Source: an uncultured Deinococcaceae bacterium
GTDB taxonomy: Bacteria; Deinococcota; Deinococci; Deinococcales; Deinococcaceae
Assembly (NCBI GenBank): GCA_964252075.1
Contig: CAXULY010000043.1
Coordinates: forward strand, 1 to 45,391
DNA: 45,391 bases
Reading direction: 5' to 3'
Under the pieces are notes generated by a model. That model was not told where the DNA came from, did no database searches, and saw only the letters and a list, made by a program, of their open reading frames with translations. Each line of letters opens with the position of its first letter. Positions within the stretch are counted from its first letter, which is position 1. The position numbers and the translations under genes were made by a program. This document shows positions 20,585 to 30,958 of this stretch, in pieces.

Positions 20585-21568
20585 ATGCCTGAACACACCC
20601 TGGGGTCCGAGTCCATTCACACCGTCTGGGACGCCACGCTCTCCCCCGCACTTCGCGTCGCGCCCGGCGACACCGTGGAGATCCGCATCCTGGACGCGTC
20701 CTTCGGCCGGGTGGCGCGGCAGGTGCATGAAGGCAGCCTGGAGGCGCCCGAGGCCCTGCGCGCGCGCATCGCGGCGGGCACGTACGACGAGCGGCCCTCG
20801 ACGGGCGGCGTGCGCGGGCACCCGCTGACCGGCCCGATCTTCGTGGAGGGCGTGCGGCCCGGCGACACCCTGCGCGTGGAGGTGCTGGACGTACGGACGG
20901 CGGACTGGGGCTGGAACGGCTGCCGCCCGCACGGCATCGGGCTGCTGGACGCGGAGGTCGAGGCGCCCTACACGCACTTCTGGGACCTCGCGGGCGGCAC
21001 GCACACGGACTTCCTGGGCGTCGCGCGCCTGCCGCTGGCGCCCTTCCCGGGCGTGATCGGGGTGGCGCCGGGCGCGCCCGGACCGCACGTCACGTCCCCG
21101 CCGCGGCAGGTGGGCGGCAACATGGACGTGCGGCAGATCACGGCGGGCAGCATGCTGTTCCTGCCCGTGGAGGTCGAGGGCGCGCTCCTGAGCGTGGGGG
21201 ACGTGCACGCCGCGCAGGGGGACGGCGAGGTGTCCGGCACCGGCATCGAGACGGACGGCGCGGTGACCGTGCGCGTGGAGGTGCTGAAGGGGAAGTCCAT
21301 CCGGACGCCGCAGGTCATGGCGACGCCCGAGCCGACGGACCTGTGGTCGCGCGGCGCGTTCCTCACGACGGGGCACGCGCCGGACCTCATGGAGGCCGCG
21401 CGCATCGCGCTGCGCGGCATGCTGGAGCACCTGGGGGAACAGCACGGCCTGAGTTTCACGCAGGCCTACGTGCTGGCGAGCGCGTGCGTGGACCTGCGCA
21501 TCAGTCAGGTGGTGGACGCGCCGAACTGGACGGTGAGCGCGCTGCTCCCGAACCGCATCTTCACCTGA
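20585..21568 (+). CDS. Acetamidase/formamidase family protein
   Basis: HPLTGPI, GGNMD, GDVHAAQGDGE, IET motifs. Confidence 0.9.
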   Translation: MPEHTLGSESIHTVWDATLSPALRVAPGDTVEIRILDASFGRVARQVHEGSLEAPEALRARIAAGTYDERPSTGGVRGHPLTGPIFVEGVRPGDTLRVEVLDVRTADWGWNGCRPHGIGLLDAEVEAPYTHFWDLAGGTHTDFLGVARLPLAPFPGVIGVAPGAPGPHVTSPPRQVGGNMDVRQITAGSMLFLPVEVEGALLSVGDVHAAQGDGEVSGTGIETDGAVTVRVEVLKGKSIRTPQVMATPEPTDLWSRGAFLTTGHAPDLMEAARIALRGMLEHLGEQHGLSFTQAYVLASACVDLRISQVVDAPNWTVSALLPNRIFT

Positions 21569-21639
21569 GGCGCGCGCCGCTGCTCACGCGGCCGGGGCGC
21601 CAGCCGCGCGGAGGGGTGCAGCGGCCCGTCCCCGCGCGG

Positions 21640-22083
21640 TTACCAGGAAGCCGCGCGGGTGGGCAGGCGCACGACCGTCAGCCAGAACTGCTCGATCAGG
21701 CGCACCCGCTCGAAGAGGCCCGTGAGGTCGCGTGGCTTCACGAGGTAGGCGTTCACGCCGAGCGTGTAGGCGCGCGTCACGTCCTGGTCCGCGTCGGAGG
21801 TGGAGAGCACCACCACCGGCAGGGTGCGCAGGTCATGGTCGTCCTGCAAGGCGTGCAGGACCGCGAAGCCGTCCATGATGGGGAGGTTCAGGTCCAGCAG
21901 CACGAGGTCCGGTCGGGGCGCGTCCGCGTGCTCCGCTTCGCGCCGCACGTAGCGCAGCGCCTCGGTGCCGTCGCGCGCCACCCTGAGCTGCACCTGCGGC
22001 GCGATCCGCTGGAACGCCGTCTGCATGAGGACCACGTCCGCGAGGTTGTCCTCGACGAGCAGCACCTCCAGGGGCGCCGTCAT
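21640..22083 (-). CDS. Single-domain response regulator (Rcp1-like), coupled to the upstream kinase
   Basis: MTAPLEVLLVEDN, LLDLNLP, LSTS, YLVKP; ATG overlaps the kinase stop. Confidence 0.9.
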   Translation of the reverse strand: MTAPLEVLLVEDNLADVVLMQTAFQRIAPQVQLRVARDGTEALRYVRREAEHADAPRPDLVLLDLNLPIMDGFAVLHALQDDHDLRTLPVVVLSTSDADQDVTRAYTLGVNAYLVKPRDLTGLFERVRLIEQFWLTVVRLPTRAASW

Positions 22084-25000
22084 GCGCGCACCGGCGCGGC
22101 GGGCAGCGTGAAGGCGAACCGCGTGCCCTCCCCCACCGTGGAGCTGAGCGTCAGCTGCCCGCCGTGGCGCTCCACGATCTTCTTCGCGATGGAGAGGCCG
22201 ATGCCGCTGCCCTCGTAGCGGTCCCGGGTGTGCAGGCGCTGGAAGATCACGAAGATCCGCTCGAAGTACTCCGGCCGGATGCCGATGCCGTTGTCCTGCA
22301 CGCGGAAGCGCACCACGTCGCCGTCCGTGACGCCCTCCACCTGCACGACCGGAGGGCGGCCCTCCGCGCGGAACTTGATGGCGTTCGCCACGAGGTTCTG
22401 GAAGAGCTGGCGCAGCTGCGACACGTTCCCCAGCACGGGCGGCAGCGGCCCGAGGTGCAGGGTGGTGCCGGTCGCTTCGATCTGCGCGCGCAGGTCCTGG
22501 CGCACCTGCGCGAGGATCAGGCGGGTGTCCACGACTTCCAGCGGCGCGTCCTGCGTCGCGACGCGCGAGAAGGACAGCAGGTCCTGAATGAGCTGACCCA
22601 TGCGGCTGGTGCCCTCCCGGATGAAGCGCACGTACTGCTCGGCGGTGTCGTCGCCGCCCGGCGCGCAGTGCTGCGCGAGCAGCTCGGAGAAGCTGGTGAC
22701 GGACCGCAGCGGCTCCTGCAGGTCGTGGCTCGCCACGAACGCGAACTGCTGGAGTTCGGCGTTGCTGCGCTCCAACTCCTGCGTGCGCTGCGCGAGTTCC
22801 GAGAGGCCCTGCGCGCGCTCCAGCGCGAGGCTGAGGCTGCGGCCCACGGTGTCCAGCATGGCGCGCTCCCCGGCGCGCCAGCCCTGCTGGTCGTGCAGCG
22901 CCACGCCGAACACCCCGTGCGGCGCGCCGTTCACGAGCACCGGCAGCGCCGCGAGGGCGCCGCGCCGCTCGTGGTAGCCCTCCAGGTGATCGAGCTGCTG
23001 GTCGTACACGTCCGCGTGGTGCGCCTGCCCGGTCGTCCATGGCCCGTGCAGGCTCTGGGTGGTCTCGAAGGGCAGGCCGTCCTCCACGAGCGCCTGGAAG
23101 GCCGGGTCGCGGCGGTCCCCCACCTGACTGAGGAGGCGCCAGCGGTCGCCCGCCGGGGCGTAGTAGGCGGCGTACCCGTCGGGCAGCAGCGACAGCACCA
23201 CCTCCTGCGCGCGGCGGATGAGCGCCACCGGGTCGCTCTGCAGCCGCAGGTCCCGCGTGAGTTCCGCGAAGCCCTCCAGCGCCGCGGTGCGCGCCTCCAG
23301 CTCCACGTTCTGCGCTTCCAGGCGCGCGGCGATCACCGCGCGGTCCAGCGCGAGGTTCAGGCTGCGCGCCACCGCGCGGATGACGGCGCGGTCGCGCTCC
23401 AGCCACCCGCCGTGGTGTTTCAGCGCGACCGACAGCATGCCGGTCACCTCGCCCGCCGTGATGATCGGGTACATGGAGCTCGCGCCGTACTCGTCGGCGT
23501 GCGCCACGTGCCCGAACGCGGCGTCCCCAGTGTTCAGGAAGACCGGCTGGCGGGTGCGGAGGACCTCGGTGATGGAGGGCAGGCTGACGGGCAGGCCCTC
23601 GCGGACCAGGGTGGACAGCGCGGGGTTCACGTCGTCGCTCAGCACGTCCGCCCGCCACACGTTTCCCGCCGGGACGTAGTACGCGAGGCTGGCCTGCCGG
23701 AAGCGGCTGCCCAGCACCGCGACCGCCTCGCGCGCCAGCACGGTGGGGTCGCTGGTCGTGCCGACGGACTCCGTGAAGCGCACGAAGGCGTCCAGCGCCG
23801 CCGTCTGCTCCTCCAGCTCGTGGGTGCGTTCCGCGACGCGCCGCTCCAGCTCCGCGCCGCGCCGCTGTTCCTGCTGCGCGGCCTCCAGGCGCAGGCGCTG
23901 CAGTTCCAGCTGCGTGCGGATGCGGGAGCGCAGCTCGCGCGCCGAGAACGGCTTGGCGAGGTAATCGTCCGCGCCGGCCTCCAGGCCGTCCAGGCGGGCT
24001 TCCTCGCCCGCGCGGGCGGACAGCAGGATCACGGGCAGCTGGCGGGTGGCGGGGTCCGCGCGCAGGGCGCGCAGCAGGCCGAAGCCGTCCAGGTGCGGCA
24101 TCATCACGTCGCTCAGCACCAGGTCGGGCCGCTGCGCGCGCGCGGCCTCCAGCGCCTGCTCACCGTCGCGCGTCACGACGAGGTCGTACTCGTCGTGCAG
24201 CAGGCGCTGCACGTAGGCGCGCAGGTCGGCGTTGTCGTCCGCGAGCAGCACGCGCGGGCGCGCGCCCGGCGGGGCGTCCACGGTGTTCTCGGCGGGCGCC
24301 TCCGTGGTGTCCAGCCACTGCGCGGCCTCCCGCACGAACGCGGAGCGCGCGGTGGTGGGCTCGGCGGGGCGCGCGCCCCGCAGGCGGTCGGCGGGCAGGT
24401 GCGCGCGGCCCAGCGGGACCGTGACGGTGAAGGTCGTGCCTTCCCCGAGCGCGCTCGCCACGCGGATGTCGCCGCCGTGCAGCCCCACCAGTTCCCGCAC
24501 GAGCGCCAGGCCGATGCCGGTGCCCTCGAAGGTCCGGCCGCGCGCGCCCTCCACGCGGTGGAAGCGCTCGAAAACGCGGGGCAACTGGTCCTGCGCGATG
24601 CCGGTGCCGGAGTCCCGCACCGTCAGCTGCGCCTGCCCGTCCACCTCGCGCAGGTGCAGTTCGATCTCGCCCTCGAAGGTGAACTTGAAGGCGTTCGAGA
24701 GGAGGTTCAGCACCACCTTCTCCCACATGTCGCGGTCCACGAACACCGCCTCGCTCAGCGGCGGGCAGTCCACCGTGAAGCGCAGGCCAGCGCCCTCCAC
24801 CAGCGAGCGGAAGGCGCTGGCGAGGTCCGCCGTGAACGCCGCGAGGTCGGTGGGCTGGTACGCGGCGTCCGCGCGGCCCGCCTCGATGCGCGTGAAGTCC
24901 AGCATGGTGTTCACGAGCTTCAGGAGCCGCTGCGCGTTGCGGTACGCGAGGTCCAGCTGCCCACGCTGCGCGCCCGTCAGGGCGTCCGGACCCCCGAGGA

Positions 25001-26102
25001 CGTCCTCCAGCGGCCCGAGCATGAGGGTGATGGGCGTGCGGAACTCATGGCTGACGTTCGAGAAGAAGGCGGTCTTGGCGCGGTCGATCTCCGCGAGGGC
25101 CTGCGCGCGTCGGCGCTCCTCCTCGAAGGCGCGCACGCTCGCGAGGCCCGCCGCGACCTGACTGGCGAACAGGTCGAGGAAGCTGCGGTACCGGTCGTCC
25201 AGCGGGCGGTAGGGGTTGAGGCCCACCACCAGCGCGCCCGCCGCGCGCGCCTGCCCCTGCTGCGCGATGGGCAGCGCCAGCGCGCGGTCCGGGGCGCGCT
25301 CACCGTCCGGGGCGGTCTGGGTGGGGAGCGCCTCCAGCAGCGCGGGCGTCCGGTCCGTCACGACCGCCCGCAGGGGCCACGCGGGGTCGTTCAGGTTCAG
25401 GCGCTCCGGCAGGCCGGGCCGCGGTTCGGTGCCCGCGCTGGCGGGGCGGTGCAGGGTCTGCCCGGCGTCGTCCAGCAGGTACGTGAACGCGAAGGGCAGG
25501 TCGAGCGGCTCGGCGCGCGCGACGTCCTGCACCGCCGCGATCACGTCCGCTTCGGTGCGCGCCGAGCTCGTCCGGGTGGCGAGGTCGCGCAGCGCCCGCA
25601 GGCGGCGCTCGCCGATCAGGCGGTCGCTTTCCTCCGTGACCACGCACAGCATGCCGGAGGTGTCGCCCGCGTCGTTCGCGAGGGGGCTGTACGAGAAGGT
25701 GTGGTAGGTCTCCTCGGCGTAGCCGCTGCGCTCCAGCAGTAGGCGCAGGCCCTCGTCCCAGGTGGCGACGCCGCTCTTGAGCACCCGCTGGATGCGCGGC
25801 CCGATGTCCGGCCAGATTTCCGCCCACACGCGATCCGAGCGCGACCCGAGCGCCCAGTCGCGCTTCACCCCCAGGGTGGGGAGGTACGCGTCGTTGCACA
25901 GGAAGGTCAGCTCGGGACCCCACGCCATCCACATCGCGAAGCGCGAGGTGAGCATGATGCGCACGGCGGTCTTGAGGCTCTGCGGCCACCGTTGCGGTGG
26001 GCCGAGGGGCGTGCCGGCCCAGTTGTAGGACCGGATGCGCCCACCCATCTCACCGCCGCCCGGGATGACCTGCTGCAATTCGCTGTGAGGAGGTTGGGTC
26101 AT
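22080..26102 (-). CDS. Hybrid sensor kinase: PAS/GAF-HisKA-HATPase-REC-GAF-GAF-HisKA-HATPase
   Basis: SHEFRTP and SHDLQEP H-boxes, two N/G box sets, internal ADDN...DVMMP...KPF receiver. Confidence 0.9.
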   Translation of the reverse strand: MTQPPHSELQQVIPGGGEMGGRIRSYNWAGTPLGPPQRWPQSLKTAVRIMLTSRFAMWMAWGPELTFLCNDAYLPTLGVKRDWALGSRSDRVWAEIWPDIGPRIQRVLKSGVATWDEGLRLLLERSGYAEETYHTFSYSPLANDAGDTSGMLCVVTEESDRLIGERRLRALRDLATRTSSARTEADVIAAVQDVARAEPLDLPFAFTYLLDDAGQTLHRPASAGTEPRPGLPERLNLNDPAWPLRAVVTDRTPALLEALPTQTAPDGERAPDRALALPIAQQGQARAAGALVVGLNPYRPLDDRYRSFLDLFASQVAAGLASVRAFEEERRRAQALAEIDRAKTAFFSNVSHEFRTPITLMLGPLEDVLGGPDALTGAQRGQLDLAYRNAQRLLKLVNTMLDFTRIEAGRADAAYQPTDLAAFTADLASAFRSLVEGAGLRFTVDCPPLSEAVFVDRDMWEKVVLNLLSNAFKFTFEGEIELHLREVDGQAQLTVRDSGTGIAQDQLPRVFERFHRVEGARGRTFEGTGIGLALVRELVGLHGGDIRVASALGEGTTFTVTVPLGRAHLPADRLRGARPAEPTTARSAFVREAAQWLDTTEAPAENTVDAPPGARPRVLLADDNADLRAYVQRLLHDEYDLVVTRDGEQALEAARAQRPDLVLSDVMMPHLDGFGLLRALRADPATRQLPVILLSARAGEEARLDGLEAGADDYLAKPFSARELRSRIRTQLELQRLRLEAAQQEQRRGAELERRVAERTHELEEQTAALDAFVRFTESVGTTSDPTVLAREAVAVLGSRFRQASLAYYVPAGNVWRADVLSDDVNPALSTLVREGLPVSLPSITEVLRTRQPVFLNTGDAAFGHVAHADEYGASSMYPIITAGEVTGMLSVALKHHGGWLERDRAVIRAVARSLNLALDRAVIAARLEAQNVELEARTAALEGFAELTRDLRLQSDPVALIRRAQEVVLSLLPDGYAAYYAPAGDRWRLLSQVGDRRDPAFQALVEDGLPFETTQSLHGPWTTGQAHHADVYDQQLDHLEGYHERRGALAALPVLVNGAPHGVFGVALHDQQGWRAGERAMLDTVGRSLSLALERAQGLSELAQRTQELERSNAELQQFAFVASHDLQEPLRSVTSFSELLAQHCAPGGDDTAEQYVRFIREGTSRMGQLIQDLLSFSRVATQDAPLEVVDTRLILAQVRQDLRAQIEATGTTLHLGPLPPVLGNVSQLRQLFQNLVANAIKFRAEGRPPVVQVEGVTDGDVVRFRVQDNGIGIRPEYFERIFVIFQRLHTRDRYEGSGIGLSIAKKIVERHGGQLTLSSTVGEGTRFAFTLPAAPVRA

Positions 26103-26194
26103 GTGACGCCCTTGATTGTAGGTGAGTCTGTTTGTCCGTGCGGGGCGGCGCGCCCACGGACGCGTCCACTGGGTGAAGCGCCCTACACTGAGGC

Positions 26195-27103
26195 GTGAAG
26201 ATCGCCTCGCTGCTCCCGAGCGCCACCGACATCCTGTGCGACCTTGGCCTGCGCGATCAGCTGGTGGCGGTCAGTCACTGCTGCGACCACCCGGCCGTCC
26301 GGGCGCTGCCGGTCCTGACGCGCAGCATCATCGCGCCGGACCTGCCGCCCCAGGAGATTGACCGCGTCGTGAGCGACGCCATGCGGGCGGGCCGCGCGCT
26401 GTACACGGTGCGCGCCGAACTGCTGGACGCGCTGCGCCCGGACCTGATCGTGACGCAGGGCGTATGCGAGGTGTGCGCCGTGACGCCCGGCGCGGTCGGT
26501 GAGGCCGTCCGGTCCCTGCCCGGCTGCCTGCCGGTGGGTGGGCACCTGCTGAGCCTGGAGGGCCGCACCGTGGAGGGCGTCCTTGCGGACGTGGAGGCCG
26601 TGGCGCGCGCCGCCAGGGTGCCTGAGCGCGGTGCGGCGCTGGTGCAGGACGCGCGCGCGCGCTGGAACGCCATCCAGCCCGCGACGGGCGGCGCGCGGGT
26701 GCTGACGCTGGAGTGGACCGACCCGCCGTTCTTCGGTGGGCACTGGGTGCCGGAGCAGGTGACGCGCGCGGGCGGCGTGAATGTCGTGGGCGAGGCGGGC
26801 CGGGACTCCGGGCGGCTCAGCTGGGCCGAGGTGGCCGCCGCCGACCCGGACGTGATCGTGGTGATGTGCTGCGGGTACGGCCTGACGGACAACGCGCGCT
26901 TCGCGGCGGCGCTGTCCGGGCACCCTGAAGCCCGGTCGCTGCGCGCGGTGGCGGAGGGGCGCGTGTGGGCGGTGGACGCCAACGCGCTCTTCAGCCGCCC
27001 CGCTCTGGGCGTGGTGCGCGGCGCGGAGGTGCTCGCGGCGCTGCTGCGCGGGGACAGCACGCCCGGCGCGTCCGCGCGCGTGACGGCGCAGCGCGCGCCC
27101 TGA
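26195..27103 (+). CDS. BtuF-like cobalamin/iron-siderophore binding-fold protein
   Basis: IASLLPSAT, SHCCD, LRPDLIVTQ..CEVC, GHWVPE, FSRP. Confidence 0.8.
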   Translation: MKIASLLPSATDILCDLGLRDQLVAVSHCCDHPAVRALPVLTRSIIAPDLPPQEIDRVVSDAMRAGRALYTVRAELLDALRPDLIVTQGVCEVCAVTPGAVGEAVRSLPGCLPVGGHLLSLEGRTVEGVLADVEAVARAARVPERGAALVQDARARWNAIQPATGGARVLTLEWTDPPFFGGHWVPEQVTRAGGVNVVGEAGRDSGRLSWAEVAAADPDVIVVMCCGYGLTDNARFAAALSGHPEARSLRAVAEGRVWAVDANALFSRPALGVVRGAEVLAALLRGDSTPGASARVTAQRAP

Positions 27104-27109
27104 GGCGCG

Positions 27110-29392
27110 TCAGCCCAGCTGCTTGGGCAGGGTGAAGCTGAAGGTCGCGCCGCGCGGGGCGCGGCTCACGCCCGTCACCTGACCGCCGTGGCGGCTGATG
27201 ATGCGCCGTACGTTCGCGAGGCCCACGCCCGTCCCCTCGAATTCATCCTGGCGGTGCAGGCGCTGGAACATCCGGAAGAGTTTGTTCTGGTAGCGCGCGT
27301 CGTACCCCACGCCGTTGTCCTGCACGAATACCGCCCACTCGCGCTCGCGTTCCTCCAGCCAGACGTCCACCTCGGCGGTCGCGCGCGGCTGCGTGAACTT
27401 CACGGCGTTCGAGAGCAGGTTCGTCATGACCTGCTGCAGCGTGTCGCGGTCCCCGCGCACGACGCCCATGGGCCGCACGCGCCATGTGAAGTTCCGGTCG
27501 CGCCAGTGCGGCGCGAGGTCCAGCTGACTCTGACGCACCAGCGCCGCGAGGTCCACGTCATCTTGGCGCAGGTCGCGGCGCGTGCTGCGGGAGAGCTGCA
27601 GCATCGCCTCGATGAGGCCGTTCATGCGGTCTGCCGCCTGCCCGACGATGCGCAGGTACTGCTTCAGCCGCTCCGGGTCCGCGTTGTGCTGCGCGGCCAG
27701 CTGCGCGAAGCTCGTGATGTGGCGCAGCGGCGTCTTGAGGTCGTGCGACACCGAGTACGTGAAGGCCTCCAGCTCCTCGTTCGCGGCCTCCAGCGCGAAG
27801 CTGCGCTCGCGCAGCGCGTCGCGCTGCGCGGCGAGCGTGCGGGCGTGGTGCGCGCGCTCCAGGGTCAGGGTGAGGCTGCGCCCCACCGCGCGGATGAGGC
27901 TGCGGTCGCGCTCCAGCCAGCGTTCCGCGCCGTGCAGCGCAACCGCCAGCATGGCGCGCACCTCACCGTCCAGCACCAGCGGGTAGGCGGCCAGCGCGCC
28001 GAGCCCGGCGAGGGGCGGGTGGGTGGCCGTCAGGTCGCCCCCGGGGTCCTCGAAGACCGCTTCCCGCGTGCGCTGCGCCTCGGCGTACAGCGCCACGCTG
28101 GTTGGCATGCCGCCCTGCAGCACCGCCTGGAAGGCCGGGTCGCCGCTCAGGTCGGCGGACCACACGCGGCACGCCCAGCGGTCCTCGTCGCGCTCGTAGT
28201 ACGCGAAGGCGTTGCGGTCGTTAAAGCGCGCGGCCAGCACCCGCATGGCCTCACGCGCGAGCAGGGTGGCGTCCGTCTCCACGCCCGCCGCCTCGCTGAA
28301 GGCCGTGAACGCCGCGAGCGCGCGGCGTTCCTCGTCGAGGCGCCGCGCCTGCTCGGCGCGCTCAATGGCGAGCCCCAGGCTGCGCACGACCGTCTCCAGC
28401 ATGGCGACGTCGGTGCGGGACCAGTCGCGCTGCTGCAGCAGCCCGAGCGCGAACACGCCGCGCGCGCGCCCCCCCACCAGCAGGGGCAGCAGGGCGGTCG
28501 CGGCGAGGTGCTCCGTCACGGTTGCCAGGTGCTCGTTCGCGTACACCGCGAGGAACTGCGCGGCCCGCTCGTCCGCAACGAGTTGCAGGTTCGTCGCGTC
28601 CCTCGCGGGCAGCCCCGCCTGCATCGCGGCCTGAAGGGCGGCGCTGCGCGGGTCACCCACCTGCGCCTTCAGCACCCAGCGGTCCCCTTCCGGCTCCAGG
28701 TACACCGCATACCCGTCCGGCAGCAGGTCCAGCGCGAAGGTCTGCGCGCGCCGGATGAGCGCGTACGGGTCTTCAAGCAGGCCCAGGTCGCGCGTGAGTT
28801 CCGCGAAGCCCTCCATGGCGCTGCTGCGCGCCGCCAGTTCCTCGTTGTGCGCCTGCAGGACGCGCGCGCCCTCGGCGCGCTCCAGCGCGAGCGTCAGGCC
28901 GCGCGCGACGGCGCGCACGAGGGCGCGGTCGCGGTCACCCCAGGCCAGCCCGTGCGGCAGCGCGACCGTCAGGAAGCCGTACACCACGCCGCCCGCCATG
29001 ATGGGGACGCTGGACGCGGTGGTGTACGCCGCGGTGCGCTCCGTGCGCTCCCGCAGCGGCCCCCAGCCGTCCATGAAGATGGCCTCCCTGCGCTCCAGCG
29101 CCTCCCGGAAGAGCGGGGTGTCCGCCGGCAGCCCACGCTGCAGCGCGGGAAGCAGGTCGGCGGGCACGTTGTCGCTCCAGGCGCGCAGGGCCCAGAGGCC
29201 ACCGGACGGCGCGTAGTACCCGACCATGGCGCTGGGGTCGCGCACGCGCAGCACCTCCACCGCGTGCCGCGCGAGGGCCAGGACGTCCGTTTCGGTGTTG
29301 CTGGCCTCGCTGTAGGCCAGGAACGCGTCGAGCGCGGCCGCGTGAGCGTCGCTGGCGCCGTGATGCCCGGGGGCCGCAGGGGATTCGGGCAT
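27110..29392 (-). CDS. Multi-GAF sensor histidine kinase
   Basis: Three GAF-like repeats, SHDLKTP, NLLSNAVKF, DNGVG, FQRLH, GTGVGL. Confidence 0.9.
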   Translation of the reverse strand: MPESPAAPGHHGASDAHAAALDAFLAYSEASNTETDVLALARHAVEVLRVRDPSAMVGYYAPSGGLWALRAWSDNVPADLLPALQRGLPADTPLFREALERREAIFMDGWGPLRERTERTAAYTTASSVPIMAGGVVYGFLTVALPHGLAWGDRDRALVRAVARGLTLALERAEGARVLQAHNEELAARSSAMEGFAELTRDLGLLEDPYALIRRAQTFALDLLPDGYAVYLEPEGDRWVLKAQVGDPRSAALQAAMQAGLPARDATNLQLVADERAAQFLAVYANEHLATVTEHLAATALLPLLVGGRARGVFALGLLQQRDWSRTDVAMLETVVRSLGLAIERAEQARRLDEERRALAAFTAFSEAAGVETDATLLAREAMRVLAARFNDRNAFAYYERDEDRWACRVWSADLSGDPAFQAVLQGGMPTSVALYAEAQRTREAVFEDPGGDLTATHPPLAGLGALAAYPLVLDGEVRAMLAVALHGAERWLERDRSLIRAVGRSLTLTLERAHHARTLAAQRDALRERSFALEAANEELEAFTYSVSHDLKTPLRHITSFAQLAAQHNADPERLKQYLRIVGQAADRMNGLIEAMLQLSRSTRRDLRQDDVDLAALVRQSQLDLAPHWRDRNFTWRVRPMGVVRGDRDTLQQVMTNLLSNAVKFTQPRATAEVDVWLEEREREWAVFVQDNGVGYDARYQNKLFRMFQRLHRQDEFEGTGVGLANVRRIISRHGGQVTGVSRAPRGATFSFTLPKQLG

Positions 29393-29452
29393 ATGGTTCC
29401 AGCATAGCGGTCTCCCGCGCCCACGGTTGAGCTTTTCCGGTGCCCGCCCCGC

Positions 29453-30946
29453 TCAGCGGGCCGTGAGGACCGCCGGCACGCGCGTGGGACTTCCGCGCCA
29501 CGCGTAATCGGCGGGGTTGAAGCGCGCGAGGCGCTGCCGGAAGCGCAGGGCGAAGCCCGGCCACAAGGTGGAGTTGCGGCCGTGCTCGTCCATGTACCAG
29601 CTGGTGCAGCCGCCGGTGTTCCACACCGTCTCCCGCAGGGTCGCCTGCAGGCGCGCGTTCCAGGCGGCCTGCACGTCGGGCTTCACGTCGAAGGTCAGGC
29701 GGTGGTCGCGCTCCATGAAGCGCAGGACGGCCATGACCTGCTGCAGCTGCGACTCGATCATGTACACGATGGACGTGTGCCCCAGGCCGGTGTTCGGCCC
29801 GACCAGCAGGAAGAGGTTCGGGAAGCCCGTGACGGTCGTACCCAGGTATGCCTGCGGGCTACCCGCCCACGCCTGCGCGAGCGTCTGGCCGCCCTCCCCG
29901 CGAAACACGTGCGCGATGGGGGGCGGCACCGCCTGGAAGCCCGTCCCGCAGATCAGCACGTCCGCGGCGCGCTCCTCGCCGTCCGCCGTGACGATGGCGT
30001 GCGGGCGGACGGCGGTCACGCGCTGGGTCACGAGGTCCACGTTCGGCTGCGTGAGGGCCGGATAGTAGTCGCTGGACACCAGGATGCGCTTGCAGCCGAT
30101 GCGGTAATCCGGCGTGAGCTTCGCGCGCAGCTCGGGGTCCGCCACCTGCGCCTCTAGGTGCGCGCGCGCCGCGCGCGTCGCGACCCGCTGCATGACGGGA
30201 TTCACGAAGATCAGGGCGTTCAGCTCGGAGCGCGTGAAGATCAGGCCGCGCGACACGAGGAGCGCGGTGGGCGCGCGGCGGTACGTGGCCCGCTGCCGCG
30301 CGGTGTACGGGCGGTCCGGGCGCGGCGTGATGTACGGCGCGGAGCGCTGGAACACCGTGAGGTGGCGCGCGAGGCGCTGCACTTCCGGCACGAACTGAAC
30401 GGCGGACGCGCCCGTGCCGATCACCGCGACGCGCTGCCCGCGCAGGTCCACGCGGTGGTCCCAGCGGGCGGAATGGAAGCGCGGGCCCGCGAAGTCCTCC
30501 AGGCCCGGCAGGTCCGGCCATTTCGGTTCGACGAGCGGCCCGTGCCCGGAGAGCACCACGCTGGCCGTGAGGGGACCGGCGCTGGTCTGCAACCGCCAGC
30601 GCGCCTCCGCCCCGTCCCACGAGGCGGCCTGCAGGTCATGCCCGAAGCGCAGGTGCGGCGTGATGCCGAAACGCCGCGCGCAGTCCCGCAGGTACGCCAG
30701 GATTTCTGGCTGCCGGGCGTAGGCGTGCGACCAGTCGGGGTTCGGGGCGAAGGAGAAGGAGTACAGGTGGGAGGGCACGTCGCAGCCGCAGCCGGGGTAG
30801 GTGTTGTCGCGCCACGTGCCGCCCACCTCGCGCGCGCGCTCCAGCACCACGAAGTCCTGCAGGCCCGCTTGCTTGAGGCGGATGGCTGCCCCGAGCCCCG
30901 CGAAGCCCGAACCGACGATGGCGATGTGCACGTGCGGTGTGGTCAT
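29453..30946 (-). CDS. Flavin-containing (Baeyer-Villiger-type) monooxygenase
   Basis: GSGFAG, GGTWRDNTYPG, FHSARWDH, GTGASA, GCKRIL. Confidence 0.92.
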   Translation of the reverse strand: MTTPHVHIAIVGSGFAGLGAAIRLKQAGLQDFVVLERAREVGGTWRDNTYPGCGCDVPSHLYSFSFAPNPDWSHAYARQPEILAYLRDCARRFGITPHLRFGHDLQAASWDGAEARWRLQTSAGPLTASVVLSGHGPLVEPKWPDLPGLEDFAGPRFHSARWDHRVDLRGQRVAVIGTGASAVQFVPEVQRLARHLTVFQRSAPYITPRPDRPYTARQRATYRRAPTALLVSRGLIFTRSELNALIFVNPVMQRVATRAARAHLEAQVADPELRAKLTPDYRIGCKRILVSSDYYPALTQPNVDLVTQRVTAVRPHAIVTADGEERAADVLICGTGFQAVPPPIAHVFRGEGGQTLAQAWAGSPQAYLGTTVTGFPNLFLLVGPNTGLGHTSIVYMIESQLQQVMAVLRFMERDHRLTFDVKPDVQAAWNARLQATLRETVWNTGGCTSWYMDEHGRNSTLWPGFALRFRQRLARFNPADYAWRGSPTRVPAVLTAR

Positions 30947-30958
30947 GCGCTTCCCTCC

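Noticed and set aside
21640..23658. 672-aa ORF
   Set aside because: Only the last 147 aa (receiver domain) are real; the rest is an off-frame overlap with the kinase
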